From Halalkalibacterium halodurans (GTDB lineage Bacteria; Bacillota; Bacilli; Bacillales; Bacillaceae_D): a DNA stretch of 32,000 nt. The stretch lies in contig NZ_SNUY01000001.1 in NCBI RefSeq assembly GCF_004376175.1, forward strand, positions 64,383 to 96,382, written 5' to 3'. The translations under genes were made by a program, and so were the position numbers. The notes under the pieces were generated by a model, which was not told where the DNA came from, did not search any database, and saw only the letters and a program-made list of their open reading frames with translations. Shown piece by piece: positions 1-7,914 of this stretch; position 1 is the first letter of the stretch, and every line of letters starts with the position of its first letter.

Positions 1-541
1 TTCTTTCAGATAATTGCCAAGCAACAATTTCATTATTATATAAATCTAAAACGGCTGATAAATACACAAATTTGTCTCCGATTCGTACATATGTAATATC
101 GGTTACTAGCTTTTCATACTGCTTTTCTGAATAAAATTCTCTGTTCAGTACGTTAGGAAATACAATAGAACCTCTACGCCCGTAGAAAGGTCTTTTCTTA
201 CGTATGACTGATTTTATTCCTAATTCCCTCATTAAACGCCGCACACGTTTATGATTTATAACCATTCCTTCTCTGGATAAAGCCCTCGTCATTCGTTTAT
301 ACCCAAAGTATGGATGTCGTTTGTGAAGAGCTAAGATATGTTCCTTTAACAGAATATCCTCTTCCATGCGAATCGCTTGTTTAGAACGACTATTCCGCCA
401 TTTGTAGTATCCAGCTTTTGAAACTTCACCAATCTTAAGAAGCCACATAAGTGGGTGCTTTCTCCTTAATTTATCAATCATTTGAAACCTTTGTGCTTTT
501 AAGACCACTCCTTCCCGTGTAGATTTGGATTGCGCTTTTTT
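1..541 (-). CDS. IS3-family transposase OrfB (partial; expressed as an OrfAB fusion by -1 frameshift)
   Basis: It is absent from the ORF track because it runs off the window. My minus-strand translation in the -1 frame relative to orfA is open throughout: KKAQSKSTREGVVLKAQRFQMIDKLRRKHPLMWLLKIGEVSKAGYYKWRNSRSKQAIRMEEDILLKEHILALHKRHPYFGYKRMTRALSREGMVINHKRVRRLMRELGIKSVIRKKRPFYGRRGSIVFPNVLNREFYSEKQYEKLVTDITYVRIGDKFVYLSAVLDLYNNEIVAWQLSER. This has the IS3 OrfB hallmarks, including the first catalytic D in VTDITY. Confidence 0.85.
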
Positions 542-801
542 AGGTAATCTACCTGCGCCTTCAAATAAGCATTCTCTTCTTCTAGACTGTTAAAATGCTT
601 CTTATGCCACTTACCACGTTGGTCATCAAATGATATCTCATTTTGAACTTTCTTTACCCATTCAGCAATTTGAGCATCACTCTTAATCCCGAATCGCTCA
701 CGAAGGCGACGATAGGACCAGCCCTCCTCTAACTTTAAACGAACTACTTCTCGTTTTAATTCTTCTGTATATGTAGTATAAGTTTGTCCTTTTTTTGCCA
801 T
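499..801 (-). CDS. IS3-family transposase OrfA (HTH DNA-binding subunit with leucine-zipper-like C-terminus)
   Basis: The 100-aa ORF reads MAKKGQTYTTYTEELKREVVRLKLEEGWSYRRLRERFGIKSDAQIAEWVKK...LEEENAYLKAQVDYLKKRNP, which is typical of IS3 OrfA. It is followed by orfB in the -1 frame. Confidence 0.9.
   Translation of the reverse strand: MAKKGQTYTTYTEELKREVVRLKLEEGWSYRRLRERFGIKSDAQIAEWVKKVQNEISFDDQRGKWHKKHFNSLEEENAYLKAQVDYLKKRNPNLHGKEWS
535..541 (-). promoter_or_regulatory. Programmed -1 ribosomal frameshift heptamer A AAA AAG joining orfA to orfB
   Basis: The minus strand reads CTA AAA AAG CGC in the orfA frame. Shifting -1 gives AAA AAA GCG CAA..., which continues open into OrfB. Confidence 0.75.
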
Positions 802-919
802 AGAAAAATCCCCTCGCAGGTAGACTATTTAAGAACATCATATCATGTTCTCTTTTTTTGATGTCTACCTGTAGGGGATAATACCACTCTTCCTCAAAGA
901 GAGTGCACTTTTTCGATTA

Positions 920-1612
920 TTATGCAGCGAGCAGGCCACATGTAGGGTCTGAACGACGAAACGCTCCATTATCTGGGAGAACAACCACCTTTCTTTCCTG
1001 CCCACTAACGACCATCGTACGAGCATACACTCCTTGATCGATGAGGTCGATAACTGTATCAATTTCTCCAGCCTCATAAGCGACCGCGATCGCCCGAAGC
1101 CACGCTTTTGCTTCTTCTCCATTTGAAAGGGGCGAATTTTCTGTCTCGAGATCATCTCGAACGAGCGCAAGAGACTTCCGCGCCCTGCGGAGAGCTGCTT
1201 TCACCGCTCCTTCCGTTTTTTCTACCATCTTTGCTGCTTCTGACGTACTGTAGCCAAAAACATCACGTAGTAAAAAGACCGACAACTGCAAAGGGGATAA
1301 GTGGTTTACCAATGCGAAGAAAGCCCGTTCCATTTCAAAAAGCCCTTGTTCTGGCGGTGTCACCTCGGGTTTCTCCTGCTTCAAAATTCGCGCGAAAACG
1401 GCCTTTCTCCGCGATTGATCAATCCATTGGTTTTTGGCCACACGTAGTAAAAAAGCTTCCGGGTTCTGATGCCCTTGTTTTTTTAACGTCTCGATCGCTT
1501 TTAACCAAGTCTCTTGAGCTAGATCTTCGGCATCCCAAGTAGATTTTGTCACAAATAAACAATAGCGGCTAACCGTATCGTGAAGTTGCTTGAGGTGTTT
1601 TCTGTCGTTCAT
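920..1612 (-). CDS. ECF-type (sigma-70 family) RNA polymerase sigma factor with a C-terminal extension of about 65 aa
   Basis: The start is re-set to the internal ATG at 1612, preceded by GGAGGA (1621-1626, minus). Region 2 reads DAEDLAQETWLKAIE...RVAKNQWIDQSRRK. Region 4 HTH reads LSPLQLSVFLLRDVFGYSTSEAAKMVEKTEGAVKAALRRARKSL. The tail AWLRAIAVAYEAGEIDTVIDLIDQG resembles the start of the SnoaL-like extensions of ECF41/SigJ-type sigmas. The gene ends in a TAA TAA double stop. Confidence 0.8.
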   Translation of the reverse strand: MNDRKHLKQLHDTVSRYCLFVTKSTWDAEDLAQETWLKAIETLKKQGHQNPEAFLLRVAKNQWIDQSRRKAVFARILKQEKPEVTPPEQGLFEMERAFFALVNHLSPLQLSVFLLRDVFGYSTSEAAKMVEKTEGAVKAALRRARKSLALVRDDLETENSPLSNGEEAKAWLRAIAVAYEAGEIDTVIDLIDQGVYARTMVVSGQERKVVVLPDNGAFRRSDPTCGLLAA

Positions 1613-1765
1613 CAATCGATCCTCCTTATCACCATCATTATACAAGTAAACGAACAACAACTGAAAAAAGATACCCCTGTTCTCAATATTTTTTCCACCG
1701 TATCTTTTCGTGATCCTCCGTCGTTTACAACATGAACAGACTAAAAGACAATGGAGGTTTTGAAC

Positions 1766-2350
1766 ATGAATGGATATGTACCTTATGTTATCGAGCAATC
1801 AGGACTTAGCGAACGATCCTATGACATTTACTCAAGGCTGTTAAAGGATCGAATCGTGTTTCTAGGAGCCGCGATTGATGATCAGATAGCCAACAGCATT
1901 GTCGCCCAATTGTTATTTCTTGAAGCGGAAAATCCGAAAAAAGATATTTATCTCTACATCAACAGTCCCGGTGGATCAACTTCTGCAGGATTTGCCATTT
2001 ACGATACGATGCAGTTTGTAAAGCCGTCGATTCATACGATTTGCACAGGTATGGCTGCTTCCTTTGCCGCCATTTTGCTTCTCGCAGGAACGAAAGGGAA
2101 GCGCTTCGCCCTACCGAACAGCGAAATTATGATTCACCAACCTTCGGGAGGAGCCCAAGGGCAGGCGAGCGACCTCGCCATTACAGCAAAGTGGATTTTA
2201 GGCATACGGGAAAAGCTCGTTACTGTCACGTCAGAACGAACAGGACAATCACCTGAAAAAGTCGCAAAAGATATGGATCGCGATTATTTTATATCTGCCG
2301 AAGAAGCGTTAGAATATGGGATCGTTGATCAGATCATTACGTCAGTCTAA
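1766..2350 (+). CDS. clpP: ATP-dependent Clp protease proteolytic subunit, ClpP paralogue
   Basis: [34 protein letters not shown]... is collinear with B. subtilis ClpP. The catalytic triad contexts are present (GMAAS, IHQPSGG, DRDYF). The start at 1766 is chosen because GGAGG lies at 1753-1757. Confidence 0.9.
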   Translation: MNGYVPYVIEQSGLSERSYDIYSRLLKDRIVFLGAAIDDQIANSIVAQLLFLEAENPKKDIYLYINSPGGSTSAGFAIYDTMQFVKPSIHTICTGMAASFAAILLLAGTKGKRFALPNSEIMIHQPSGGAQGQASDLAITAKWILGIREKLVTVTSERTGQSPEKVAKDMDRDYFISAEEALEYGIVDQIITSV

Positions 2351-2358
2351 CTAGGGAA

Positions 2359-2395
2359 GCCAGAGGCCAACAGAGCGATGGCCTTTGGCTTTTTG
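2359..2395 (+). terminator. Intrinsic terminator after clpP paralogue
   Basis: GCCAGAGGCC (2359-2368) pairs with GGCCTTTGGC (2380-2389) with one mismatch, followed by TTTTTG. Confidence 0.7.
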
Positions 2396-2458
2396 TCTTA
2401 CCTGTTTACCTTCCAGGAATACTTGAAACGCCATTGTCACAGTTTTTTTAAGACATCT

Positions 2459-2872
2459 CTAGTTCTGCTGCTCCATATACAAAACTTCCCACAGGTGACC
2501 GTCTACATCTTGAAAGCTCCAGCTATACATAAAACCGTGGTCCATCGGATCATTGGCCGGCTTGCCACCCGCTTCAATGGCCTTCGAGACGATCTCATCT
2601 ACCTGCACTCGGCTATCTGCTGAAATGGCGATGATCACTTCTCTTGAGGTTTCCGTATCCGTCACTGGTTGGTTTGTAAAAGATTGAAAAAATTGTTCTA
2701 AGAGCAGCATCGCATAAATGTTTTCTCCGATCACTAAACAAGCAGCCTTGTCATCCGAATATTGTTCGTTAAATTCAAAACCAATGGAAGTGAAAAATTC
2801 CTTTGTTTTGTTTAGATCTTTTACCGGCAAATTCACAAAGATATGTTGTGCCTTCACTGTCATATCACTCAT
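2459..2872 (-). CDS. VOC (glyoxalase/bleomycin-resistance/dioxygenase superfamily) protein
   Basis: The 137-aa product contains HIFVNLPVKDLNKTKEFFTSIGFEF ... DVDGHLWEVLYM, the paired beta-alpha-beta-beta-beta module pattern of the VOC family. Confidence 0.75.
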   Translation of the reverse strand: MSDMTVKAQHIFVNLPVKDLNKTKEFFTSIGFEFNEQYSDDKAACLVIGENIYAMLLLEQFFQSFTNQPVTDTETSREVIIAISADSRVQVDEIVSKAIEAGGKPANDPMDHGFMYSWSFQDVDGHLWEVLYMEQQN

Positions 2873-3116
2873 CCTTTCAAATCATTTTTTTCACAAGGTG
2901 ATTGTAGCATGTAACAACGAGCGACATTTCTCACGGATTGCTATTTAGAGGATGATTAAAAACTTTACCTAAGAATCTTCTCATTGCGTTTCAAGCATAT
3001 CTGAATGTTCACTTTACAATCTCTTGATTTATCAACAGTGAAATCTGGCAACCTTAGCATTTGCTTTCATGTTGTACGCTAAAGTTGTAAGGCAAAAAAC
3101 GAGGAGGAATGTTTGA

Positions 3117-3608
3117 ATGACGATAAAGATCTCACCAGAGATGACGGTTGAAGAGGTAGGTGCCGCTCTTCAACGAGAGCTTGATAGCCGTTGGCAGTTC
3201 GTATGGGAGAAACACCTAGATGAGCTTCAAAAGCTTTATCCTGAACATGGGGATGCCACCTACGGTATGTATTTCGATAAGCTCCTCCCTCCCATTTGGG
3301 AGCAGGTGGAGCAGCAAGATTTTTACTCGGCTCTTGAGCCAAAGGAAGACGATTATCTGATTGGCGGATGCTTAAATTTCAGACATTCCATGGAGAAGGA
3401 ACACTGGGGATCTCCTGGGCATAACATTCGCGTCTTTTGGATCGTGTTAGCAAATCAACATGACGAACATGTCGGTTCATTGCTTCTAGAAATTTATCAT
3501 TCCCATGAACGATTTCACCTCCCAGCTCCGCCGAGGATTCGGATCTGCCAGGAAACCATACGAGAAAAAATAACCGCACACATTCGCCAGTTACAGGAAC
3601 AAGTATAA
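3117..3608 (+). CDS. Hypothetical protein, 163 aa, His/Trp-rich, no family recognised
   Basis: A strong RBS (GAGGAGG) lies 8 nt upstream of the ATG. The reading frame is clean and is followed by a terminator. Confidence 0.6.
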   Translation: MTIKISPEMTVEEVGAALQRELDSRWQFVWEKHLDELQKLYPEHGDATYGMYFDKLLPPIWEQVEQQDFYSALEPKEDDYLIGGCLNFRHSMEKEHWGSPGHNIRVFWIVLANQHDEHVGSLLLEIYHSHERFHLPAPPRIRICQETIREKITAHIRQLQEQV

Positions 3609-3616
3609 CTGTTGAA

Positions 3617-3656
3617 AAGGGGCCGATCCGCTTAATGGAATCAGCCCCTTCTGTTT
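3617..3656 (+). terminator. Intrinsic terminator after the 163-aa ORF
   Basis: AAGGGGC (3617-3623) pairs with GCCCCTT (3644-3650), followed by CTGTTT. Confidence 0.55.
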
Positions 3657-3906
3657 ACCCTCGTCTCAACCGGTCTAGAATATCTAAATGAGTGGATAAA
3701 ATCGCATCTAAATGTTCCGTAATCACACGAATGTCAAGATCCCACTACTTGATGCGAAGCAATGCTTGAATGGTTTCTTCGGAAAACCTTAGACATGAAC
3801 CGATCGATTCATAATTATGTTTATTTTCGCACTCTATTTCTGCTTGGCTTCAATGTATTATGAATCGGCGGTGATCATAATCACCCTTTAACCTGTCTAA
3901 ATGTAA

Positions 3907-5103
3907 TCATTCATAGCGCAACGATTCGATTGGGTTTAACTTCGCGGCACGGTTGGCCGGAAGAAGACCGAAAATGACACCGATAAGCATCGAAAACAGC
4001 AGGCCACCAACAATCACTTGGACGGAAATTAACGACGGCCAGCCAGCAATCGTCGATACTAATGTAGCAATTCCTGAGCCGATTATGATTCCGAGAATTC
4101 CACCAATGAGCGTTAAAATTACCGCTTCGATGAGAAATTGAATTAAAATTTGCTGTCTTGTCGCACCGAGTGATTTACGAATCCCGATTTCTCGCGTTCG
4201 TTCCGTCACCGATACGAGCATAATGTTCATGACACCGATCCCGCCGACAAACAGAGAAATGCCTGCAATTCCACCGATGATCATTGTCATAATTCTCGTG
4301 ATTTGACCGATGCCTTCTGCAATTTCTTCCATGTTCAGCACTTGATAGGCCTCTTCTGTTCCATTTCGGGCATTTAAAATCTCTGTCGCCTTTTCTCCCG
4401 CTATTTGCAAGTTTTCGAGGGAATCTGATTTGATCGTTACTTGACTAAAATCACTTTTCCCGTAAATGTTTCGCCACGTTTTCCATGGGATGTACACCTC
4501 TTGAACATTAAAAGCAAACAGTCCCGTCGGTGGTTCAAGCAGCCCGATGATTTCCACCGGCTGATTCCCAATCCGGATCACCTGTCCGATCGGGGACACT
4601 TCTTCCTCAAACAGTTCTTCGGCGATCCCTTCTGAAATAAGCGCAACCCGTCTACCGCCTAAAATATCACCGGTGTGAATCGCCACCCCTTTCGTGACGT
4701 TAAACGGATAGACATTTAAATACGCTTGGTTGACCCCGATGATTGAAGCATCTGTTTGCTCCTCTTGAAAACGAACCGATCCATATTCCGAGCTAAACGC
4801 AACCACATGCTCGACCTCATCGATTTTCTCTAGTTCGCGAATGTCTTCTTGGCTGAAGGGAGGCTCTTGCCATACGTTCGGATTTGCCTGAATCTCCTCT
4901 TCGGACGGCGAGTGGTAAATGTCCACGGTGTTTTCTTCACCTGCAATTTGTGATTTTAAAAGGGCTTCCCCACCTTGGCCGATCGCCACGACGATAATGA
5001 CCGCTGCAACACCGATCACGATGCCAAGCATCGTGAGCACTGACCGCATTTTATGGGCTTTGATCGAATGAAGCGCCATGCGGATATTTTCAAAAATACT
5101 CAT
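3907..5103 (-). CDS. yknZ: MacB/FtsX-type ABC transporter permease (YknZ-like)
   Basis: It has an N-terminal TM helix, a large extracytoplasmic domain and a C-terminal FtsX-type 3-TM bundle, ending in LPANRAAKLNPIESLRYE. Its position in a W-X-Y-Z gene order matches B. subtilis yknWXYZ. Confidence 0.88.
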   Translation of the reverse strand: MSIFENIRMALHSIKAHKMRSVLTMLGIVIGVAAVIIVVAIGQGGEALLKSQIAGEENTVDIYHSPSEEEIQANPNVWQEPPFSQEDIRELEKIDEVEHVVAFSSEYGSVRFQEEQTDASIIGVNQAYLNVYPFNVTKGVAIHTGDILGGRRVALISEGIAEELFEEEVSPIGQVIRIGNQPVEIIGLLEPPTGLFAFNVQEVYIPWKTWRNIYGKSDFSQVTIKSDSLENLQIAGEKATEILNARNGTEEAYQVLNMEEIAEGIGQITRIMTMIIGGIAGISLFVGGIGVMNIMLVSVTERTREIGIRKSLGATRQQILIQFLIEAVILTLIGGILGIIIGSGIATLVSTIAGWPSLISVQVIVGGLLFSMLIGVIFGLLPANRAAKLNPIESLRYE

Positions 5104-5105
5104 GG

Positions 5106-5789
5106 CTAGTCCCCACCATTTCTTACAGTCTCCACGATTTGACCATCGCGGACAAACACCGTTTGTTGCGTATATTCAGCAATTTCTGGTTCATGGGTGA
5201 CGAGGGCAATCGTCGTTCCTTCGTTATTTAATGAACAGAGTAGCTCCATGATCGTTTCACTCGTTTTCGTATCTAGTGCACCCGTCGGTTCATCCGCTAA
5301 AATAATATTCGGTTCATTAACAATCGAGCGAGCGATCGCCACCCGTTGCTTTTGTCCCCCCGATAACGAATTAGGCAGGTACGTCATCCGCTCCGCTAAC
5401 CCTACTCGCTCCAAGGCATGCGCTGCACGTTCTGTTCGCTCCTTTTTCTTCATCCCTGCATACACCATGGGCAGTTCAACATTTTGCAAAGCGGTGAGCC
5501 GCGGAAGCAAATGAAATTGTTGGAACACGAAGCCGATGTGACGGTTTCGTATTTTCGCAATTTCCTGCTCTGAATAATTCGTTAAATCCTTTCCATCGAA
5601 CATGTAGCGCCCACTTGTCGGCTGATCGAGACAGCCAATAATGTTCATAAGCGTAGATTTCCCTGACCCTGATGGCCCCATAATCGCCAGAAAATCTCCG
5701 CTCGCGATTTCTAGATCAATCGCCGATAAAATTTCCACCATTTCGGTACCGACCCGAAATGACTTTGTCACACGTTCGAGCTTAATCAA
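5106..5789 (-). CDS. yknY: MacB-type ABC transporter ATP-binding protein (YknY-like)
   Basis: It carries Walker A (GPSGSGKST), the ABC signature (LSGGQKQR) and Walker B (ILADEPT). Confidence 0.92.
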   Translation of the reverse strand: MIKLERVTKSFRVGTEMVEILSAIDLEIASGDFLAIMGPSGSGKSTLMNIIGCLDQPTSGRYMFDGKDLTNYSEQEIAKIRNRHIGFVFQQFHLLPRLTALQNVELPMVYAGMKKKERTERAAHALERVGLAERMTYLPNSLSGGQKQRVAIARSIVNEPNIILADEPTGALDTKTSETIMELLCSLNNEGTTIALVTHEPEIAEYTQQTVFVRDGQIVETVRNGGD

Positions 5790-6895
5790 CGCTCACCACG
5801 TCCATTCCGTCTGTGAGCACACCATCGCTCACAATCACTTGATCAGTTTCTTCCAACCCGCGAATTACTTCAATCCGCGAATTTTCCACAAGTCCTGTTT
5901 CTACTTCAACTTGTCTTGCCTTCCCGTCTTCCACCACATATACGTAGCTGCCTTCATCTCCTTGATGAACAGCCTCAAGTGGAACCGTTAACGCCGTTTT
6001 TTCTTCTGTCACAATGTGCATAATCATCTGATAGCCTGGCTTTAATTTTGATTGATCCCCGCTTAATTGAATGGTAATCGGGTATTGAACGATGCCAGCA
6101 TCGTTACCTAATGTCTCTGCCTCACTCGGGAAGTAGCTCACCTCTTTTACCGTGCCTTCCCACTCTTCTTCCGGCAGTGCGTCAGAGGAAATACGTACCT
6201 CTTGCTCTTCAGAAATGACAAGAGAGTCGTATTCTGAAATTTTCCCTTGAAGCTGGAGTTCGCCTGCGGAGGCAATCTCGAGGACTGGCTTTGTCATGCC
6301 ATCTTGCCCTTGCTGCAAGTGGTCGTTTACCGTCATGACCGTGCCATCCCCGCGACTTTTGACAACCAGATCCTTTTTCTGCTCTTCAAGTCCATCCTTT
6401 TGGATTTGTAGCTGACGCAAGTCTAAATTCGCGGAGCGCTTCTCAAAGTCTAGCTGATCCTTTTCCGGTTGGATCGTTTTATCCGCCTCTTCCTTACCCA
6501 CTTCATCTCGAAGCTCTTTCTCTTTCTTTTGCAGCTCTTTTTCCTGCTTCTCCAAATGATTGATCCGCAAGTAGCTCGACTCAATTTGCAACTCGTTCTG
6601 TCTCAAGCTGACGGCTTGAATATTCGATTAACGGTGTGCCTTCCTCCACTTCGTCACCGACTTCTACTAAAATTTCATAATCATTCCCTAGACTAGCATC
6701 AGCGTATACGCGCTGCATATCGACTAGTTCAACGGTACCAGGGACCTTAATTTCAGCCGAGATCGTTTCCATTTCAGGGGAAACCACCTCAACCGATGCT
6801 GCACTTTCTCCCATCGAATTCATCACGCCGATAGTGGCTACAGCTCCGATGCCAAGCACGAGCGCCAGACTAATGAGAAGCTTCTTTTTGTTCAT
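5782..6895 (-). pseudogene. yknX: Efflux periplasmic adaptor (HlyD/MacA family, YknX-like) split by a frameshift
   Basis: The N-terminal 104-aa ORF (6581-6895) has a signal/TM segment and a lipoyl-like part. The C-terminal 274-aa ORF (5782-6606) has the coiled coil, beta-barrel and membrane-proximal parts. Together they give one adaptor of about 375 aa. The downstream frame opens only at 6627 and the upstream frame stops at 6581-6583. Confidence 0.75.
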
Positions 6896-6905
6896 ATAAA
6901 CACCT

Positions 6906-7580
6906 CTAAACCCCTGTTCCCGTTAAACTTAAGAGAATCATGATCACGAAGAATATAGTGACAATAACCCAAGAAGCTAGTTTTCCAAAGCCTGCAACCT
7001 TTTGTAAACCGAAAGCCAAAATGACAAATCCCCAAATTGTAAAGATTTCAATCGTATTTAAAAGTGGAAACAATGCGTGATCCATCTCAACAAAAGTCCC
7101 TAGACTTGTAAAAGTAGATAAAAGGCTCAATCCGAATAAAAAGGCGATGACACTATTCAACAATCCACCCGCTAACGAAATAAATCCAACAAATAGATTC
7201 ATAGAAAACAGTTGCTTAAAGGTGACATCCTTTGCTGCAAGCTTGGCGATTAATAATTGAACTGCTGCTGAGATGAGTGGCACTAATAGGATTGTAAATA
7301 TCCCCCCCATAACCACCGTCATGCGAACAAAAACTTCAAACCCTTCCGGCATCATGGCAAGCTCCTCGGGAGTTGCTAAATCTGTCATGTTGAGACCAAA
7401 CGCAACAAGTAAAGAGGAGACTAGGCCGATCGCCATAAAAATCAATAAAGGCACTAGCACCTTCGGATTTTGTTTGATTCGTTCTAGTTGGACAAGGGGA
7501 CTCGTGAAAATCCCGATAATGGATGGCTTCTCGCCACCTGCTCCGTTCTCATGTTCCATTACTTCATTATTCACTGACAT
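6906..7580 (-). CDS. yknW: Yip1-domain integral membrane protein (YknW-like)
   Basis: The product is a multi-TM protein with a short soluble N-terminus. The start is moved to the ATG at 7580 (MSVNNEV...), which has GGGGTG 5-6 nt upstream. The track start at 7619 lies only 4 nt downstream of the promoter -10 element, upstream of the predicted TSS. Confidence 0.75.
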   Translation of the reverse strand: MSVNNEVMEHENGAGGEKPSIIGIFTSPLVQLERIKQNPKVLVPLLIFMAIGLVSSLLVAFGLNMTDLATPEELAMMPEGFEVFVRMTVVMGGIFTILLVPLISAAVQLLIAKLAAKDVTFKQLFSMNLFVGFISLAGGLLNSVIAFLFGLSLLSTFTSLGTFVEMDHALFPLLNTIEIFTIWGFVILAFGLQKVAGFGKLASWVIVTIFFVIMILLSLTGTGV

Positions 7581-7622
7581 TTGATCACCCCATAAATCTT
7601 TGTTTAAACACCCACTCATACT

Positions 7623-7648
7623 TACGCATTATCGTTTAAATGGTTTCA
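7623..7648 (-). promoter_or_regulatory. Sigma-W-type (ECF) promoter TGAAAC-N16-CGTA for the yknWXYZ-like operon
   Basis: On the minus strand, TGAAAC (7648-7643), a 16-nt spacer and CGTA (7626-7623) match the B. subtilis SigW consensus exactly. B. subtilis yknWXYZ is a known SigW regulon member. Confidence 0.65.
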
Positions 7649-7782
7649 TTTTTTTACATAGGTACTCTAAATATTTCAAAAAATAGACGGCTGTACTTTT
7701 CAGTTTTCGTCACTAAACAGACGTTCAAGAATAAGATAAAACTACTTGAACGGAATTTCTTAAAATGAGCAACAAAACCTAC

Positions 7783-7811
7783 TTGACAGATGCGAATTAT
7801 ATGATTAATAT
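7783..7811 (+). promoter_or_regulatory. Sigma-A-type promoter for the Rrf2-yezD-sulfate transporter operon
   Basis: TTGACA (7783-7788), a 17-nt spacer and TAATAT (7806-7811). Confidence 0.55.
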
Positions 7812-7865
7812 TACGATTATCAATAAACTTTTCTGAACCTTTTTACGAATAAATGCACACAGCCT

Positions 7866-7890
7866 AAAACAGACTTTTCCGATCTGTTTT
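7866..7890. promoter_or_regulatory. 25-bp AT-rich palindrome in the operon leader, a candidate Rrf2 operator
   Basis: AAAACAGA (7866-7873) and TCTGTTTT (7883-7890) flank a 9-nt centre. The element lies between the promoter and the RBS of the Rrf2 gene. Confidence 0.35.
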
Positions 7891-7914
7891 ATAAAAATTA
7901 AAGGAGGACAAATC

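Larger units (their letters stand above)
1..896 (-). mobile_element. IS3-family insertion sequence (IS150-like organisation), partial: it runs off the left edge. The right boundary is uncertain (candidate CA ends at 896, 908 and 940).
   Basis: It has the orfA/orfB two-frame organisation with an A AAA AAG slippery site. OrfB shows an HTH plus the start of a DDE domain. Reading inward from 896 on the minus strand gives TGAGGAAGAGTGG..., a TG-initiated end typical of IS3 inverted repeats. The other end lies outside the window, so the IR cannot be confirmed. Confidence 0.75.

Noticed and set aside
1108-1542. 144-aa plus-strand ORF. Similar antisense ORFs occur at 5197-5514, 5641-5991, 7273-7584, 13702-14322, 17143-17867, 18556-18903, 19457-20304, 23916-24689 and 28970-29230.
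   Set aside because: All are embedded antisense in well-supported genes, lack SD sequences and have low-complexity Ser/Arg/Pro/Leu-rich translations.
1613-1765. Search for an ECF-type (AAC-N16/17-CGT) or CtsR-box promoter for the clpP paralogue
   Set aside because: I found GTAAAC and CGTA/CGTC fragments, but never at a compatible spacing. No promoter is claimed.
1613-1798. N-terminal extension of the sigma factor ORF to 292 aa
   Set aside because: The extension crosses the divergent clpP start region and has a nonsense-like sequence. The internal ATG at 1612 has a strong GGAGGA RBS and matches the usual ECF N-terminus length.
7765-7836. 23-codon ORF MSNKTYLTDANYMINITIINKLF in the divergent control region
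   Set aside because: It has no SD and overlaps the -35/-10 elements of the predicted Rrf2 operon promoter, so it would not be on that transcript.
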